A DNA stretch of 64,000 bases. It comes from Octopus vulgaris (lineage: Eukaryota). Below are positions 1 through 12,550 of the stretch, piece after piece. The position numbers were made by a program, and so were the translations under genes. Positions within the stretch are counted from its first letter, which is position 1. Every line of letters begins with the position of its first letter. The DNA lies in the NCBI GenBank assembly GCA_951406725.2, contig OX597827.1, positions 44,702,001 to 44,766,000 of the forward strand. The letters run 5' to 3'. Below the pieces are notes generated by a model that was given only the letters and a program-made list of their open reading frames with translations, did not search any database and had not been told where the DNA came from.

Positions 1-914
1 GCATGTGCAATCAACTCTAATTAAGTCACTACTTTATCACTTAACCTCATTGCTTGTTAAACGAAATAAAAGTGTTAATAAGCAATTTCATACCACCTTC
101 CAGTCTGTACCTACTTTTGTCCTCACCAACTCCCAAATGCCTGACTCTTGCCAGATAAAATTTCACAGCACCTAATATTCAGAGTTGACCATATATAAAC
201 TGTGAAGATAATTGCTCTTTGCTCTGCCAGTAGTGGAGATCCTAGTCTGTGAATATTTAGTTCCATGCATGTAAACAGCCAGGAAGTAAACTGGCAGAAT
301 TGTCAGCATATAAGACAAATTGCTCTTTATGGTAATTGTTCAGGTCCTTAAAGCTCTAAGTTCAAATCCTGTTGAGGTTAGTATTATTGGCAGTGAATTA
401 GCAAAGTCATTATAGCATCACTCAGAATATCTTATGTCATTCATTCCAGTTCTTTGCACTCTGAATTAAAATACTGCCAAGGTTAGCTTAGTCATTCCCT
501 TTTTTTTTTTTTTAATGTGGTGTTGGTGGTGGTGGCTTCATAGAGTACTAGTCCTGTTCTTGGGTCAATTCTCCTCTTTTCTTCACATTTTCTGTCTGTT
601 TGCCTGTCTGTTCCTAGAAGAAATCATTCTGTGTCAGATCTGATGAGGTATGGGCTTTGCCGGATCCAAAACTGTCCAAGATACTTTTGTATCATGATGG
701 TGCATTTATGCTTCCTTCAGGATTTGAAGGTGCAAGGCAACAGAAGTCAACAAGGAGAGGAAGCCTTCACTATTTCACTACCATGGGCTGCAACTGATCT
801 TTAAAATCTTGCAGGGATTTAATAGGAAGCTACTTCCTAACTGGAGGAAACTAGTTTAGTGGATAAACAACATCAACCACAGCAAGCCAACAAAAGGGTC
901 TGTATGTAGTCATT

Positions 915-1292
915 CAAACATGGTTTGGGGTTCATTCCCACTGTGTGGCACCTTGGGCAAGTGTCTCCTCTATAGCCTCGGGCCAACCAAAGCCTTGTGA
1001 GTGGATTTGGTTGACAGAAACTGAAAGAGACCCGTCATGTATATGTATATATGTATGTGTGTGTGTATATATCTGTCTGTTTTCACCCCCACCCACCCAC
1101 ACACACACATCGCTTGACAACCGATGCTGGTGTGTTTACGTCCCTGTAAATTAGCGGTTCTGCAAAAGAGGCCAATAGAATAAGTACTAGGCTTTACAAA
1201 GAATAAGTCCTGGGAGTCGATTTGCTCGACTAAAGGCGGTGCTCCAGCATGGCCACAGTCAAATGACTGAAACGAATAAAAGAGTAAAGAGT
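915..1292 (+). mobile_element. SINE family A (tRNA-derived head, internal (TA/TG)n microsatellite, GAGTAAAA-type tail), 5'-truncated
   Basis: Contains GGGTTCATTCCCACTG..GGCACCTTGGGCAAGTGTC..GGATTTGG..GAAACTGAAAG, then a microsatellite, then GCTCCAGCATGGCCACAGTCAAATGACTGAAAC. The same blocks recur more than 15 times in the window. Confidence 0.85.
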
Positions 1293-2984
1293 ATACATTA
1301 TCCAACATATTTTGCATGGTGAGTCTACTGAGCGAGATTTGGTTGCTATTTCTACCAGACTGAGGGACTCTAAAGAACAGCACCCTTGTTCAGACTCTGC
1401 ACATCACTGGGCTGAAATGTGACAGCTAATAAATTCAATGGTATCGGCTCTACTTGATAGTGCGGACTAGTTTGATAGACAGCTATCTCTACTCTCTACT
1501 CTGATCTAAGTAATCAATGGCTGCCAAAGTTTTCATGTGGAATCACAAGATACTCTCCTGCTGATTTGATCATGATGATGAAGAACAAATGATGAAAATG
1601 CTATGCAATAATGATAATAATAAAATGGTGATGATAATGGCAGTGATGGTGGTAGTATTAGTAGTTGTTGTTAGAGTATCTGAATGTTTTCTTTTTTTTT
1701 TAAAAAAAAAAAGGAAGAAAAAACATCATTATCCTCCTTTTATGCTAACAGTTCAATCATACTTTCAAAATGTTTTGATTGCATGTGTATGTGTGTGTGT
1801 GCAAATGTTTTATATATATATATACACGTGTGTGTCTGTGTGTGTATATATATGTGTGTGTGTGTTTGTGCATGTGCGCACATGTATGTATGTGAGTATG
1901 TACTTTTTTTGCTCAGCTAACCAGTCACCACTTCTTTGCTCAGAAAATGGTATTTTTTTATAAAAATCAAAAAATCAAAAAAGTAACAAATAACAAAGTC
2001 GTAAAATAATGCAAAACAAAAGCAATTCCAAATCCATGTTTGAAAAGTCACTTAAAATATCAAGAATGCCATAGCTGTGACAGACCATTTTTTTTTTTCC
2101 AGTAATTCATTTCATTTCATTTATTTTTATTATTTACACTGTATTTTCATTCCAAGACACACACACAGAAATTCAGAGAGTGGGCTCCACACACACACAC
2201 ACACACTTGCACAATCAAGAAAATGGTGAGAGATTATTCTTCTGTTAGAATACAGAGGAAAGGAGAACCTCCAAGAGGGTTAGGAGTGGGATGGCCTGAT
2301 CAATATTTATACAGGCATGGCATTCAATTTTGGATGTTGTCAAAAAATGAAAACTTTATTGTTGGGTTTTGTGTTGTCGTTGTTGTTGTAATTGTGTGTG
2401 TATGTACTGGTGGTGATGGTGGGTTCTTTTCAAATTTCAGTTTGCAACATTCAGCTATAATTGTATTTTCCATACCTTTGACACTTTCCTTTACCATTTT
2501 GTTGCCAATGTTAGTGTTATTGCTTTTTTTAAAAAAATGTTATTGCATTCTTTTGTTTTTAATCAATTTTTTTTTTTTAAAAGACCAAATAAACAACGTA
2601 AAATTATGAACAACAACACTCTAATTTTGCCACTGTAATTTTCCTTATATATTTTAATAATAATAATTGCCATTCTTTTGGTTGGTTGAAAACAGTTGGC
2701 ACGTCTCATTTGATATGCTTCCTTCATAATATTCTGGCATAACTCCTTAAAGCTTAACTGGAATTAAAAGAAAGTGTGGATGAGAATTTAAAAAAATTTT
2801 TCTGTCAGGAATGTTGTAGAAGCAACTCTAAATTAGATCTGTTCTTTAGTGACAATTTGCTGAGATCCCCAAAACTAATTCACCCCAGATAGGCATTATA
2901 TAATGATTACATTTTCATCTAGTGGGTCATGGACCTTCCTTACTGTATATGTTTTTGGGAAACATTAATTATCTTTGGTTGCTT

Positions 2985-3385
2985 ACTCTTTACTTGTTTC
3001 AGTCATTTGACTGTGGCCATGCTGGAGCACCGCCTTTAGTCAAGCAAATTGACTCCAGGACTTATTAAGCCTAGTACTTATTCTATTGGTCTCTTTTGCC
3101 GAACCGCTAAGTTACGGGGACGAAAACACACCAGCAACGGTTGTCAAGCGATGTTGGTGGGACAAAGACACACAAACATATTCGCACATGCATATATATA
3201 TATATATATATATATATACGACTGGCTTCTTTCAGTTTCCGTCTACCAAATCCACTCACAAGGCTTTGGTCGGCCCGAGGCTATAGTAAAAGACACTTTG
3301 GCCAAGGTGCCATGCAGTGGGACTGAACTCAGAACCATGTGGTTGGTAAGCAAGCTACTTACCGCACAGCCACTCCTACGCCTAC
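2985..3385 (-). mobile_element. SINE family A, near full length
   Basis: Reverse complement of the family A blocks, with an internal (TA)n. Confidence 0.85.
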
Positions 3386-3479
3386 GCTTAGTTAATATTT
3401 TTTTTAAAATGTGCTGCATACAATTAAAAACCCAGAGTCAGTTAAAGACCGAGGGCCAGCAGCATTTTTTTTTTTTGCA

Positions 3480-3855
3480 TGACTATGATAAGAAGTTTGC
3501 TTCACAACAACATGGTTCTAGGTTCAGTCCCACTGTATGGCACCTTGGGCAAGTGTCTTATATTATAGCCATCCACAGGCTAACCAAAGCCTTGTGACTG
3601 GATTTGGTAGACAGAAACTGAAAGCTGCCCATCATCTGTGTGTGTGTGTGTGTGTGTTCCCCATCACTGCTTGACAACTGGTGCAGGTGTGTTCGCATCC
3701 CCCATAATTTAGCGGTTGGGCAAACTAGCCTGATGGTGTAAGTGCCAGGCTAATAAGAAAATATGTTAGTACTGGATTCAACTCATTCAATAAAAATTCT
3801 TCAAGGTTGTGCCCCAGCATGGCCGTAGTCCAATGACTAAAAGAACTAAAAGATA
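3480..3855 (+). mobile_element. SINE family A, diverged
   Basis: GGTTCAGTCCCACTG, CACCTTGGGCAAGTGTC, internal (TG)n and CCAGCATGGCC tail. Confidence 0.8.
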
Positions 3856-4296
3856 GCATGGGGATATCCAGTGAAATCATGCAAGGCTCTTGTGGAAGGA
3901 AGGAAGGTATCTGTAAACTGGAAACTTTGCCACAATACTGGCAACAGAAAAGGCTGTTTTAAAGGATCCCAATACACCAGAAGGTGACAGGGTATGTTTC
4001 CCACCCAAGTAGGACATGACTGAATTTGAACTCAGAACTCAAAGAAAGCAGAACAAATACCTCAAGGCATCCAGTTCTATGTTTTATAGTTCTGCCAATC
4101 TACCACTTTTAAGATTGGTACCTTTTCTTTTTTTATCGACCTCAAAAGGATAAAAAGCAAAGTTGACCTCAGCAGGATTTGAACTCAGAGAGTGAGAACA
4201 AATACTGTGAAACATTCTGTCCAACACTTAAGTGACTCAGCTAATTCACCACCCAGCTGAGTTAATCTATTGAATAATAATTTCTACATTCTTGTC

Positions 4297-4873
4297 TAAC
4301 CCTTTCTGTACCAACTTATTTGAGACCACTCCTGGTCCCTGATTCTATTTTAACCTTTTTTGCATGGTACTATGGTACAGACTTCCTGTTTTAAACTTAT
4401 CGAAGTTAAAACTGCCAATCAGAATTTCATGTAAATCTATGTTACAAACACCAGTATGATTATGATAGTTATTTTGCTGAATTTTTCATTGTGGTTGGAT
4501 TTGGTAGATGGAAACTAAAAGAAGCCTGTCGTGTGTTTGTGTGTGTGTGTGTGTGTGTGTTTGTATCTGAGTTTGTCCACAACCAGTGTTGGTGTGTTTA
4601 TGTCCCAGTAACTTATCAGTTCAACAAAGAGACCAATAGAATAAGTACAGGGTTTAAAAATAATATAAGTATTGGGATCAATTCTTTCGACTAAAAAAAA
4701 AATCTTTCAAGGCAGTGCTCCAGCATGGCCACAATCATATGACTGAAACAAGTAAAACAAAAAAATAATAAAAGATAATGATAAAGTTATTTTACTAATT
4801 TGTTCATTATTTTCAAAATTAATTGAAACAAAGGCAGCATATTTCAACAAAAATATGGTAATTATAGGGTTAA
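4297..4873 (-). mobile_element. TTAA/piggyBac-type MITE (second family) interrupted by a partial SINE A at about 4490-4775
   Basis: Ends TAACCCTTT and AGGGTTAA. The body is the reverse complement of 32461-32687. Confidence 0.55.
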
Positions 4874-4884
4874 AATCCTTAGAG

Positions 4885-5260
4885 TGTCTGTGTGTTAAGA
4901 AGCTTGCTTACCAACCACATGGTTCCAGGTTCAGACCCACTATCTGGCACCTTGGGCAAGTGTCTTCTACTATACCCTCGGGCTGACCAAAGCTTTGTGA
5001 GTGGATTTGGTAGACGGAAACTGAAAGAAGCCCATCATGTATATGTGTTTGTGTGTCTGTGTTTGTTCTCCCAACATTGCTTGACAACTGATGCTGGTGT
5101 GTTTATGTCCCTGTAACTAAGCAGTTTGGCAAAAAGTGACCGATAGAATAAGTACTAGACTTACAGAGAATAAGTCCTGGGGTCGATTTCTTCGATTAAA
5201 GGTGGTGCTCCAGCCTAGCTGCAGTCAAATGACTGAAACAAGTGAAAGAATAAAAGAATA
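4885..5260 (+). mobile_element. SINE family A, near full length
   Basis: All family A blocks occur in order. Confidence 0.85.
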
Positions 5261-6164
5261 TCTAAATTAAAACTTTTCCATTATGGTTTTTCATAAGAGA
5301 GCCTTTTTATGTTCTAAACACTCATTTGATATAGAAACAAATATAAAAAGTTAATCAATCAAATGGCAAACCCCTTTAATTACTTGATTATTTTCAAAAT
5401 TAACTCAAACACACTGACAGTGTATTTCATAAGGAATACAATTAGGAAACAATTAGCACAAGTGAATAGCCTACATGACTGGGTTTTACCCTATACAGTT
5501 CTGTTTCATTGTGGCTCTGTGGTAAGAAGCTAGCTTCCCAACCACATGGTTCCAGGTTCAGTCCTTAGTAACCATCTTGTTTTACAATGATAGTGGCATT
5601 TCCGCTCTTTTCAGGGCTTCAAGGATTTCACAGCAGCCCTGGCAGGGTGGTGGCTAAAGTGTGCTATGCCTTGCCTAGGTATATACAGGTTAGCTGCAAA
5701 TACTCAATAAGATATATAGGTAGACTGATTTGATTGATTCCTGGACATCAGTGTCAATAGGCTCCCTTACTCATTCGAAGCTGGCCAGAGGTGGTGGTGG
5801 TGGTGGGGTAAACAATTAAAAAGAAAAACAATAGCAACAATAACAGTCTGGATGTGGCATTCAGAAACAAGTAATGTTACAAAAGAAAAAAAAAAACTTG
5901 GAAAAGAAAGAGAGTGTGTGGTAGTGGCACAGGAGCACTGAATCTTGTACAAAATCCAGGTAATCATGGCATACAACACAGAAAAGTAGACCAATAATTA
6001 ATATGTATGTATGTATGTGTGTGTGTGTGCATGTGTGTATGTATGTAGAGATAGATAGATAGATTTGTGTAGGTGTGTATATGAATGTGTGTGTATTAAG
6101 ATTTGTGTGTGCATGTGTAATATTCTTGCTCATTTCAGTACTGACTGGTGGTAACAGTTAATGA

Positions 6165-6199
<35 letters not shown>

Positions 6200-7050
6200 T
6201 CCCTCTCTCTCCCTCTCTCCTCTCTCTCTCAGTATGAATTGCAAAATATGATAGTTCATATCTAATATGTGTGTGTGTATATATATATATATATGTGTGT
6301 ATATGCCTTCTTGTGCTCATATGTTGATGATGATGATGACTATGTGAATATAATCAATATCGATTGGTAAAGAGATTCAGAAGAATTTTTAGGTGTGGAG
6401 TGTGTGTATGTAGTAGGATGTTGTTTGCGCGTGGTGGTGGCGGCGGTGGTAGTGGTGGTGGTGGCGGGGGGACGCAGATGGGAGGTGAGATAATTGAATT
6501 AATCATTGCTAATGGATGGTATAGGCTGCATTAAAAACAATTGAGGTTGTGGAGCGGAGGTGGGTGGGGATGGGGGTGAGATAATAATAATAATAATAAT
6601 AATAATAAGCAAAGATGAAAACAAAACAAATAAATTTTTTTTTTACTTTTTTATTTATTTATTATTAATTAAATAAAAGAATTGTGGAAAAAATCTTGAA
6701 TTAAAATGAAATAATAGTAAATGTATACTCATATACCTACCCATATAAACGCACACACACATATATATATATATATACATACAAATATGCACAAGCATTC
6801 ATATGTATACACACACAAACACATGTATGCACATAGATACATATTGATTTGGCACGTTGTAACCATCATGATTATAAATGCACAAACATGCATACAACCA
6901 TTCAGGAATACGCATACCCTAACCTTTGCCTTTATTGCTGTGTAATTCATATAGTATTCCAACACATACATACACACACACACTTGCTCCTTCCACTCAT
7001 ATCACCATTACAAATGTATACACACATACAAATGGTATTGCCCGTCACCA

Positions 7051-7282
7051 AGGCGGCAAGCTGGCAGAAACATTAGCACGCCGGGTGAAATACTTAGCGG
7101 TATTTCGTCTGTCGCTACGTTGTGAGTTCAAATTCCGCCGAGGTCGACTTTGCCTTTCGTCCTTTCGGGGTCGATAAATTAAGTACCAGTTACGCACTCG
7201 GGTCGATATAATCGACTTAATCCATTTGTCTGTCCTTGTTTGTCCTCTCTGTGTTTAGCCCCTTGTGGGTAGTAAAGAAATA
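7051..7282 (+). mobile_element. SINE family B (tRNA-derived, Nin/Deu-like central domain), full length with target-site duplication
   Basis: GGCGGC.AGCTGGCAGAA head, GAGTTCAAATTCC B-box and GCCTTTC.TCCTTTCGGGGTCGATAAATTAAGTACC core. Flanked by GGTATTGCCCGTCACCA (7034-7050) and GGTATTGCCCATCGCCA (7283-7299). The Nin/Deu assignment is from memory. Confidence 0.88.
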
Positions 7283-7876
7283 GGTATTGCCCATCGCCAT
7301 TGTGTGCTCATCCATACACACAAAATCATAGTTAAATCCTTCTCATTACAAATGTATGCACACATGTGTATAACCCGCCTTATTTCATGTATGTGCGTGT
7401 AGTGTGTGTGCGTGTCTATATTTTGACATGTATGCTCACACATACATATACCCATACAGATTTTACATCCATCAACAGTACAAATGAACTGGGAGTGGGG
7501 CACGTTATATGTCTATCACTATTACAACAACAACAACAACAACAAAAATACAACTCACTCCCCCACCCCCGTTGTTGATTTTTAAAATTGCTACAAGTAC
7601 AGAAAACAAATAAACAAGGATAGATTTTTGATATTGCATCATGAAACGTAAATCTCGTTTTAATCCCATGGTTAACCATTTATATATGTTAGTATATATA
7701 TCCAATTTCCTTAACTACTAGCAAATACACTGAGGCAGTCAATGAAGAAATAAGTTTGCTGTTTTATTTATCTTATTTATTTTTCTTCTCTATTTCTATT
7801 TTCCAACCTATCAAAGCAGTTAAACAAATAGAGAGTTGAGTTTAAATTTAATTTGGCAATTGTAGTATAACTATTA

Positions 7877-8266
7877 CTAGCAGTATCGCCCGGTGTTGCT
7901 CGGATTTGTTTCGACCCTTTAGAATTGGAATTTTTGAAAAGTAAAAATTTTGCATTATGTAGCTTGTTATTCTCTTTAAGTGAACATTTTTCTGGTTGAA
8001 ATACACCAAAAAATGGCGACACAGCAGTAAAAAAATCATAAAAAATAGGGATTTTCATAGAAAAAAAGCACCTTTTTGATGTAAATAATTTTTGGTGTTA
8101 ACATGGTCCGATTTGAATTTTTTCTTCTACAGAAGGAAGAGCAAGCCTTCTTTTATCATACTCTCAATTTTGGTCAACTTGCACCGCAGTGTCTCGGAGG
8201 AGATAGTGTTAGTTGAAGGCTACTAAACCTGCCATACACAGACAACTTCAGCTTTATATATAGAGA
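7877..8266 (-). mobile_element. Non-autonomous Helitron (~390 bp)
   Basis: On the minus strand it starts TCTCTATATATAAAG and ends CCGAGCAACACCGGGCGATACTGCTAG, with a subterminal hairpin. It is inserted between A and T with no TSD. Confidence 0.85.
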
Positions 8267-8907
8267 TAAGGTTCAGTGGAGCAAAAGACAAAATGTGATA
8301 CAGTATTGAGTTAACTCCCTTCGTGTTTTGGCGTTTTCTTCCTACCTGCATCAAATTTACCCTCTATGTAACCAGGTATCAATAAAGTAAGAAGCAGTCA
8401 AATACCAGAGTCAATGTATTCAAGTGTCCATTGCACCCACCATCCTCAGGAAAACTCTTGGTGTTAGATAAAATCAACTGGATAATCTTTTCCAGAGGAT
8501 TTTTGGGCTAGGACCCATGCATAATTTCCAGAAATTCCTGGCCTGACAGTACTACTGGGGAGATTTACCAATTTGGGATAAACTCTACAGGCATGGTAGT
8601 ACCATCAGTCAGGCCCGTTTGAGAAGCGAGCAGAGTGCCCAAACCATCCTGCATGCATTGATCATTTATGGAAGTATGTTGAACAGTTTCTATCGCATGT
8701 AAGATGAATCCAGCTATTATCTCCATTGGGAAGTTCACTCCACTGCCTTCCTTTTCAGTTTTCCTGAATTCAAATCCTATCATAATAACAACACATCTCC
8801 CTTTCATCATTTGGGTTGTAGTATATTTATTTACTCTGAAAAGGGTTTTGTTTTCTTCTTTCTTTCTAAATTTTAGGTAGGTGAAAGAACTCTTTACTAG
8901 GTCTCCA

Positions 8908-9682
8908 AGAATGCAAAAGAGTGTCACATTACTCCTGCTGTTCTTCAACTGTTATAATTGCAATTTCATCAGTGACATATGCATTACATCCTTGATCATG
9001 TTCTGCAGATGAATGTTTGTCTCCCTGGGGGTAGTTTTACAATTCTTAGTGTCTTTCACATGTTTTAATCTCAGTAAGATGCAATAAACCGTTTCATATG
9101 AACAAGTTTGTTTTTAGCCATATGCACAGATATCAAATTGATGAACAATGAGTGATGAATAACTGGGCCTACAAATCCCTTTATAATCCCTTTATAAATT
9201 CATGCAGTTATGTAATAACGTTGATTCCTATTTTGAATATGATGTTTTCATTCAGTTTTATCAATAAAACTCTAGAAGATGAAAGTGGCATGTTTAAAAT
9301 TAGGATCAGATATAATGGAAAATATATAAATCTAATTTGTTTTCTCTGATTTAACAAAATAAATAAGTAAATTCTTTGAATATATAAATCATAAACTGCC
9401 TCTTTTTTCCTGTTTTTCTTCATTTTTCATTTTTATGTGACAATTGTCTTTGGAATTCAATAATTTCTGTATTGAAGATTCGGATTTTGCAGAAGCAAAA
9501 AGAAGAAAAAAATTCAAGAATTACCCCCGTCACTTTTACTGACAACATAGATAATGCTTCATTGCTTCTATCAGATATATGAAGAGATTTTTAAAAATTC
9601 CTGGAACAAAGCTCATCAAAAACTTAAACAACCACTTCACAGATAAACAGTTTTGACAACAGGCATCATTTTTGCCACAAAA
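8908..9682 (-). pseudogene. Decayed Helitron Rep/helicase N-terminal fragment
   Basis: Minus-strand peptides FCGKNDACCQNCLSVKW (9682-9632) and GDKHSSAEHDQGCNAYVTDEIAIITVEEQQE*CDTLLHS (9024-8908). They resemble, in the correct order, the Helitron motifs G.M...C..C.A.KW and D..P.GEH.RR.NAP..DEVAI......RDI.LH as I recall them. Stops and frameshifts are present. Confidence 0.55.
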
Positions 9683-10189
9683 ATTACTGCCATAGATAGT
9701 GACTGTTGTTCCAACTGCTAAAGCTACAATAGGAGAAAGTGATAAAAATGTAAATAACCAACCAACATTATTACCATCACTGTCTTGCCTCTCTCTTTCT
9801 CATGGATCTATATTTTTCTCTCTCTTATACTTTTACTCTTTCTCTTTGTCTCTGCTTGCCTGTTTTTTTGTCCAACTCTTTCTTTCTCTTTACCCCTCCA
9901 ATACAGTTTTTGGCTGATTTTTTTGTTTTTGTCTTATGTTCTCTGTTTATTTCTCTCTCTCTCTCTCTCTCATCTTCTAGTGAGGTGAGAGAGGGAGATA
10001 GACACAGAACAAAATGGTCAGATTTTAGATGGAAATTTTTTAAAATTGACTCAATATATTTATATGTACATGGATGCCCCCCCCCCCCCCCCCGCCCCAT
10101 TTTCTTCTTTCTTTACGTTTGCAACACATCACTTTTAAGTTGACTCTGAATCACCTATAAATTAATTGTGTTATTAACTTATCTTTTAA

Positions 10190-10790
10190 TGCAGTGAGCT
10201 GCCAGAATCATTAGCAAACCAGGCAAAATGCTTAACGGATTTTCATCCATCTTTATGTTCTGAGTTCAAATTTCACTGAGGTCGACTTTGTCTTTCATCC
10301 TTTCAAGATCAATAAAATAAAGTACCAGTTAAGCACTAGGGTCGAGATAATTTACTCACCCCCTCCCCCAAAATTGCTGGCCTTGTACCAGCATTTGAAA
10401 CCAATATATGACTGGTGTGAAGGCATGTGCTCATTATCATCATCATTATTATTATTAAGGCAACGAGTTGGCAGAATCATTACCATGTTGGACAAAATGT
10501 TTAGCAGTATTTCATCTGTTTTTATGTTCTGAGCTCAAATGCTGTCGGGGTCAACTTGCCCTTTCATTACAGGGTTGATAATATAAGTGTTAGTTGAGTA
10601 CTGGGGTCGATGTAATCAGCTTATCAACTCACCAGAAATTGCCAGCCTTGCACCAAAATCTGAAACCATTATTATTAGGAGGATGAGGAGGAGATGGAAA
10701 CGGTTGGTGGATTGGCTGAATCATTAGAACATCAGACAAAATACTTTGCAGCATTAGGTTGCGGTACTTTACATTCTGAGTTTAAATCCT
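10190..10790 (+). mobile_element. Tandem cluster of about 3 degenerate family B SINEs
   Basis: Repeated GGCAGAATCATTAG..TTCTGAGTTCAAAT..CTTTCATCC..CTGGGGTCGA..GAAACCA units separated by (ATT/ATC)n. Confidence 0.7.
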
Positions 10791-10813
10791 ATTACAGGTA
10801 AATCCCCAAAAAG

Positions 10814-10970
10814 CTCTGGTGCTGGTGCCACACAAAGAGCACTAGTGCTGGTGCCATGCAAAGAGTGCTGGTGCTGGTGCCATGCAAAAAAGCACTGGTG
10901 CTGGTGTCACACAAAGAGCACTGGTGCTGGTGCCACACAAGAAACACTGGTGTTGTTGCCATGCAGAAAG
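10814..10970 (+). repeat. Minisatellite, ~26-bp unit x6 (CACTGGTGCTGGTGCCAYRCAAAGAG)
   Basis: Six adjacent imperfect copies lead directly into a family D repeat ending in (GAT)n at about 11158. Confidence 0.85.
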
Positions 10971-11650
10971 CACTGAGTACACTCTGAACAGTGTTCAGCA
11001 TTATGAAGGGCATCCAGCCATAGAAAGCATGCCAAACAGACAATAAAGTCTGATGAGGCAGGTATGGGGGAGGCTTGCTAGCTCCTGTCAAACCATCCAA
11101 CCCATATCAGTAAGACATTAAATGACAATGAAGATGATGATGATGATGATGATGATATGAAGTATCAGTCAGGTGATGGTGTGAATATTGAAATCTACTC
11201 CTTCCTTTATAATTCACAACTGCATGCCTGTGTTAGAAATTTATATTGGGGAATGTAGTGAAGTGACAATCCATTTGGCATTGATAAAATAAATATCAAA
11301 TATCTGACTTTAAGTAGTTAAGTTGTGCTACATAGATTATATAATCTGTGCTGGCAGTCTTAATGACTAGAGTAAGAATCTGGTGGTAGTGGAAATTTAG
11401 GAAAGAAATTTTTTGTTTTGTTGACAGCAGCAACAAAGGATTTCTCTCACCTTAAATCAGACAGACAGACTATCTGCGGTATGTGTAAGAAGTAATGTTA
11501 TAAGGCACCGAAACATGAGCAATGATATGAGGAAAATGTACAGCAATTTGAAAGGAATGTGTTTGGGTTTAGTTTGTTTGTCTTTCGGATGTTCAAATAC
11601 TTACTTATTAGGAATAGGCAAAACTGTGCAGACACAAGTGAAGAAAGTTG

Positions 11651-11705
<55 letters not shown>

Positions 11706-12039
11706 CAAACGGATAGCTGCACTGATGTGGACTTGGTAATGAGTTGTAAAGAGGCAAAGGAAAGAATTTGTAGATGAAGTTTTGAAGGTGTTGGTTTTTA
11801 GTCCCCAGTCAGCCCTAAACAAGCTGACATATAATCTAAGGTATTCCAGCCATAATCATTCCATCTTTTTTTTATTAAGGTTAATTAGGTCTAGATTATC
11901 AAATATCTCCTTTCTTTATTTTACCCTTAGGAGACAACAGGGCTGATCTATCAGCCAAGGAGTCCAATGACAAAGAAGATAGTATGATTTCGTTTAATTT
12001 CCTGCAGGAATATATATATAGTTGTATATATGTAAAGTA

Positions 12040-12193
12040 CTGTATTTTAACGTGTATAAGGAACATCTTGATTTTGGGGACTTAAAATTTGGAAATAAAG
12101 TTTTGTAAGGGATTATAATACTATCTGTGTATAAGAAACTCCCATAACCTAATTTTTGACAAAAAAGGGTTCCTTATACATGTTAAAATTTGG
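12040..12193. mobile_element. pogo/Tigger-like (Tc1/mariner superfamily) MITE
   Basis: TA|CTGTATTTTAACGTGTATAAGGAAC ... GTTCCTTATACATGTTAAAATTTGG|TA: ~25-bp imperfect TIRs with TA flanks. Confidence 0.75.
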
Positions 12194-12317
12194 TAATTCA
12201 TTTTTTTTATATATATATTTTTTCTAGATAAGTGCATGCCCTCTGTAGGGCTTGTGTAAAGGGCCCGGTCTTCTTGTCACTGAAACTCCAATGAGTTATG
12301 GTTTGATAGGGTACAAT

Positions 12318-12550
12318 TTAACCCTTTAGCATTTAGATTACTCTATCAATAGTAATGTTCATGTATTAATATTGTTTTGAATTAATTATCTGTTATCTCG
12401 ACCCTTTGAGATTTCTATGATGTGACTGGGGTTTTTTTTTCTTAAAAATGACATCGTTTGGTAGGTGTAAGAGACCCAATCTGGCCAGTTTTAACATAAA
12501 GCACATAGAATATATGAGCCGGATATGACTAGTTTAAATGCTGGAGAGTA
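12318..12550 (+). mobile_element. TTAA/piggyBac-type MITE (first family), right end decayed
   Basis: Starts TTAACCCTTTAGC. The body matches 45852-46062. Confidence 0.7.

Noticed and set aside
640-680. CTGATGA as a hammerhead core or snoRNA box (also at 11050)
   Set aside because: There is no stem II followed by GAAA and no convincing C/D terminal stem.
706-805. Possible exon after CTTCCTTCAG at 720
   Set aside because: The pyrimidine tract is short, all frames stop within about 30 codons, there is no good donor, and the peptides are unrecognised.
8565-8948. 127-aa minus-strand ORF in complex sequence
   Set aside because: I recognise no homology. Where it overlaps the Helitron-like peptide, that similarity is in a different frame.
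10814-10970. CRISPR-like array
   Set aside because: The units are contiguous without unique spacers, the context is eukaryotic, and there are no cas genes.
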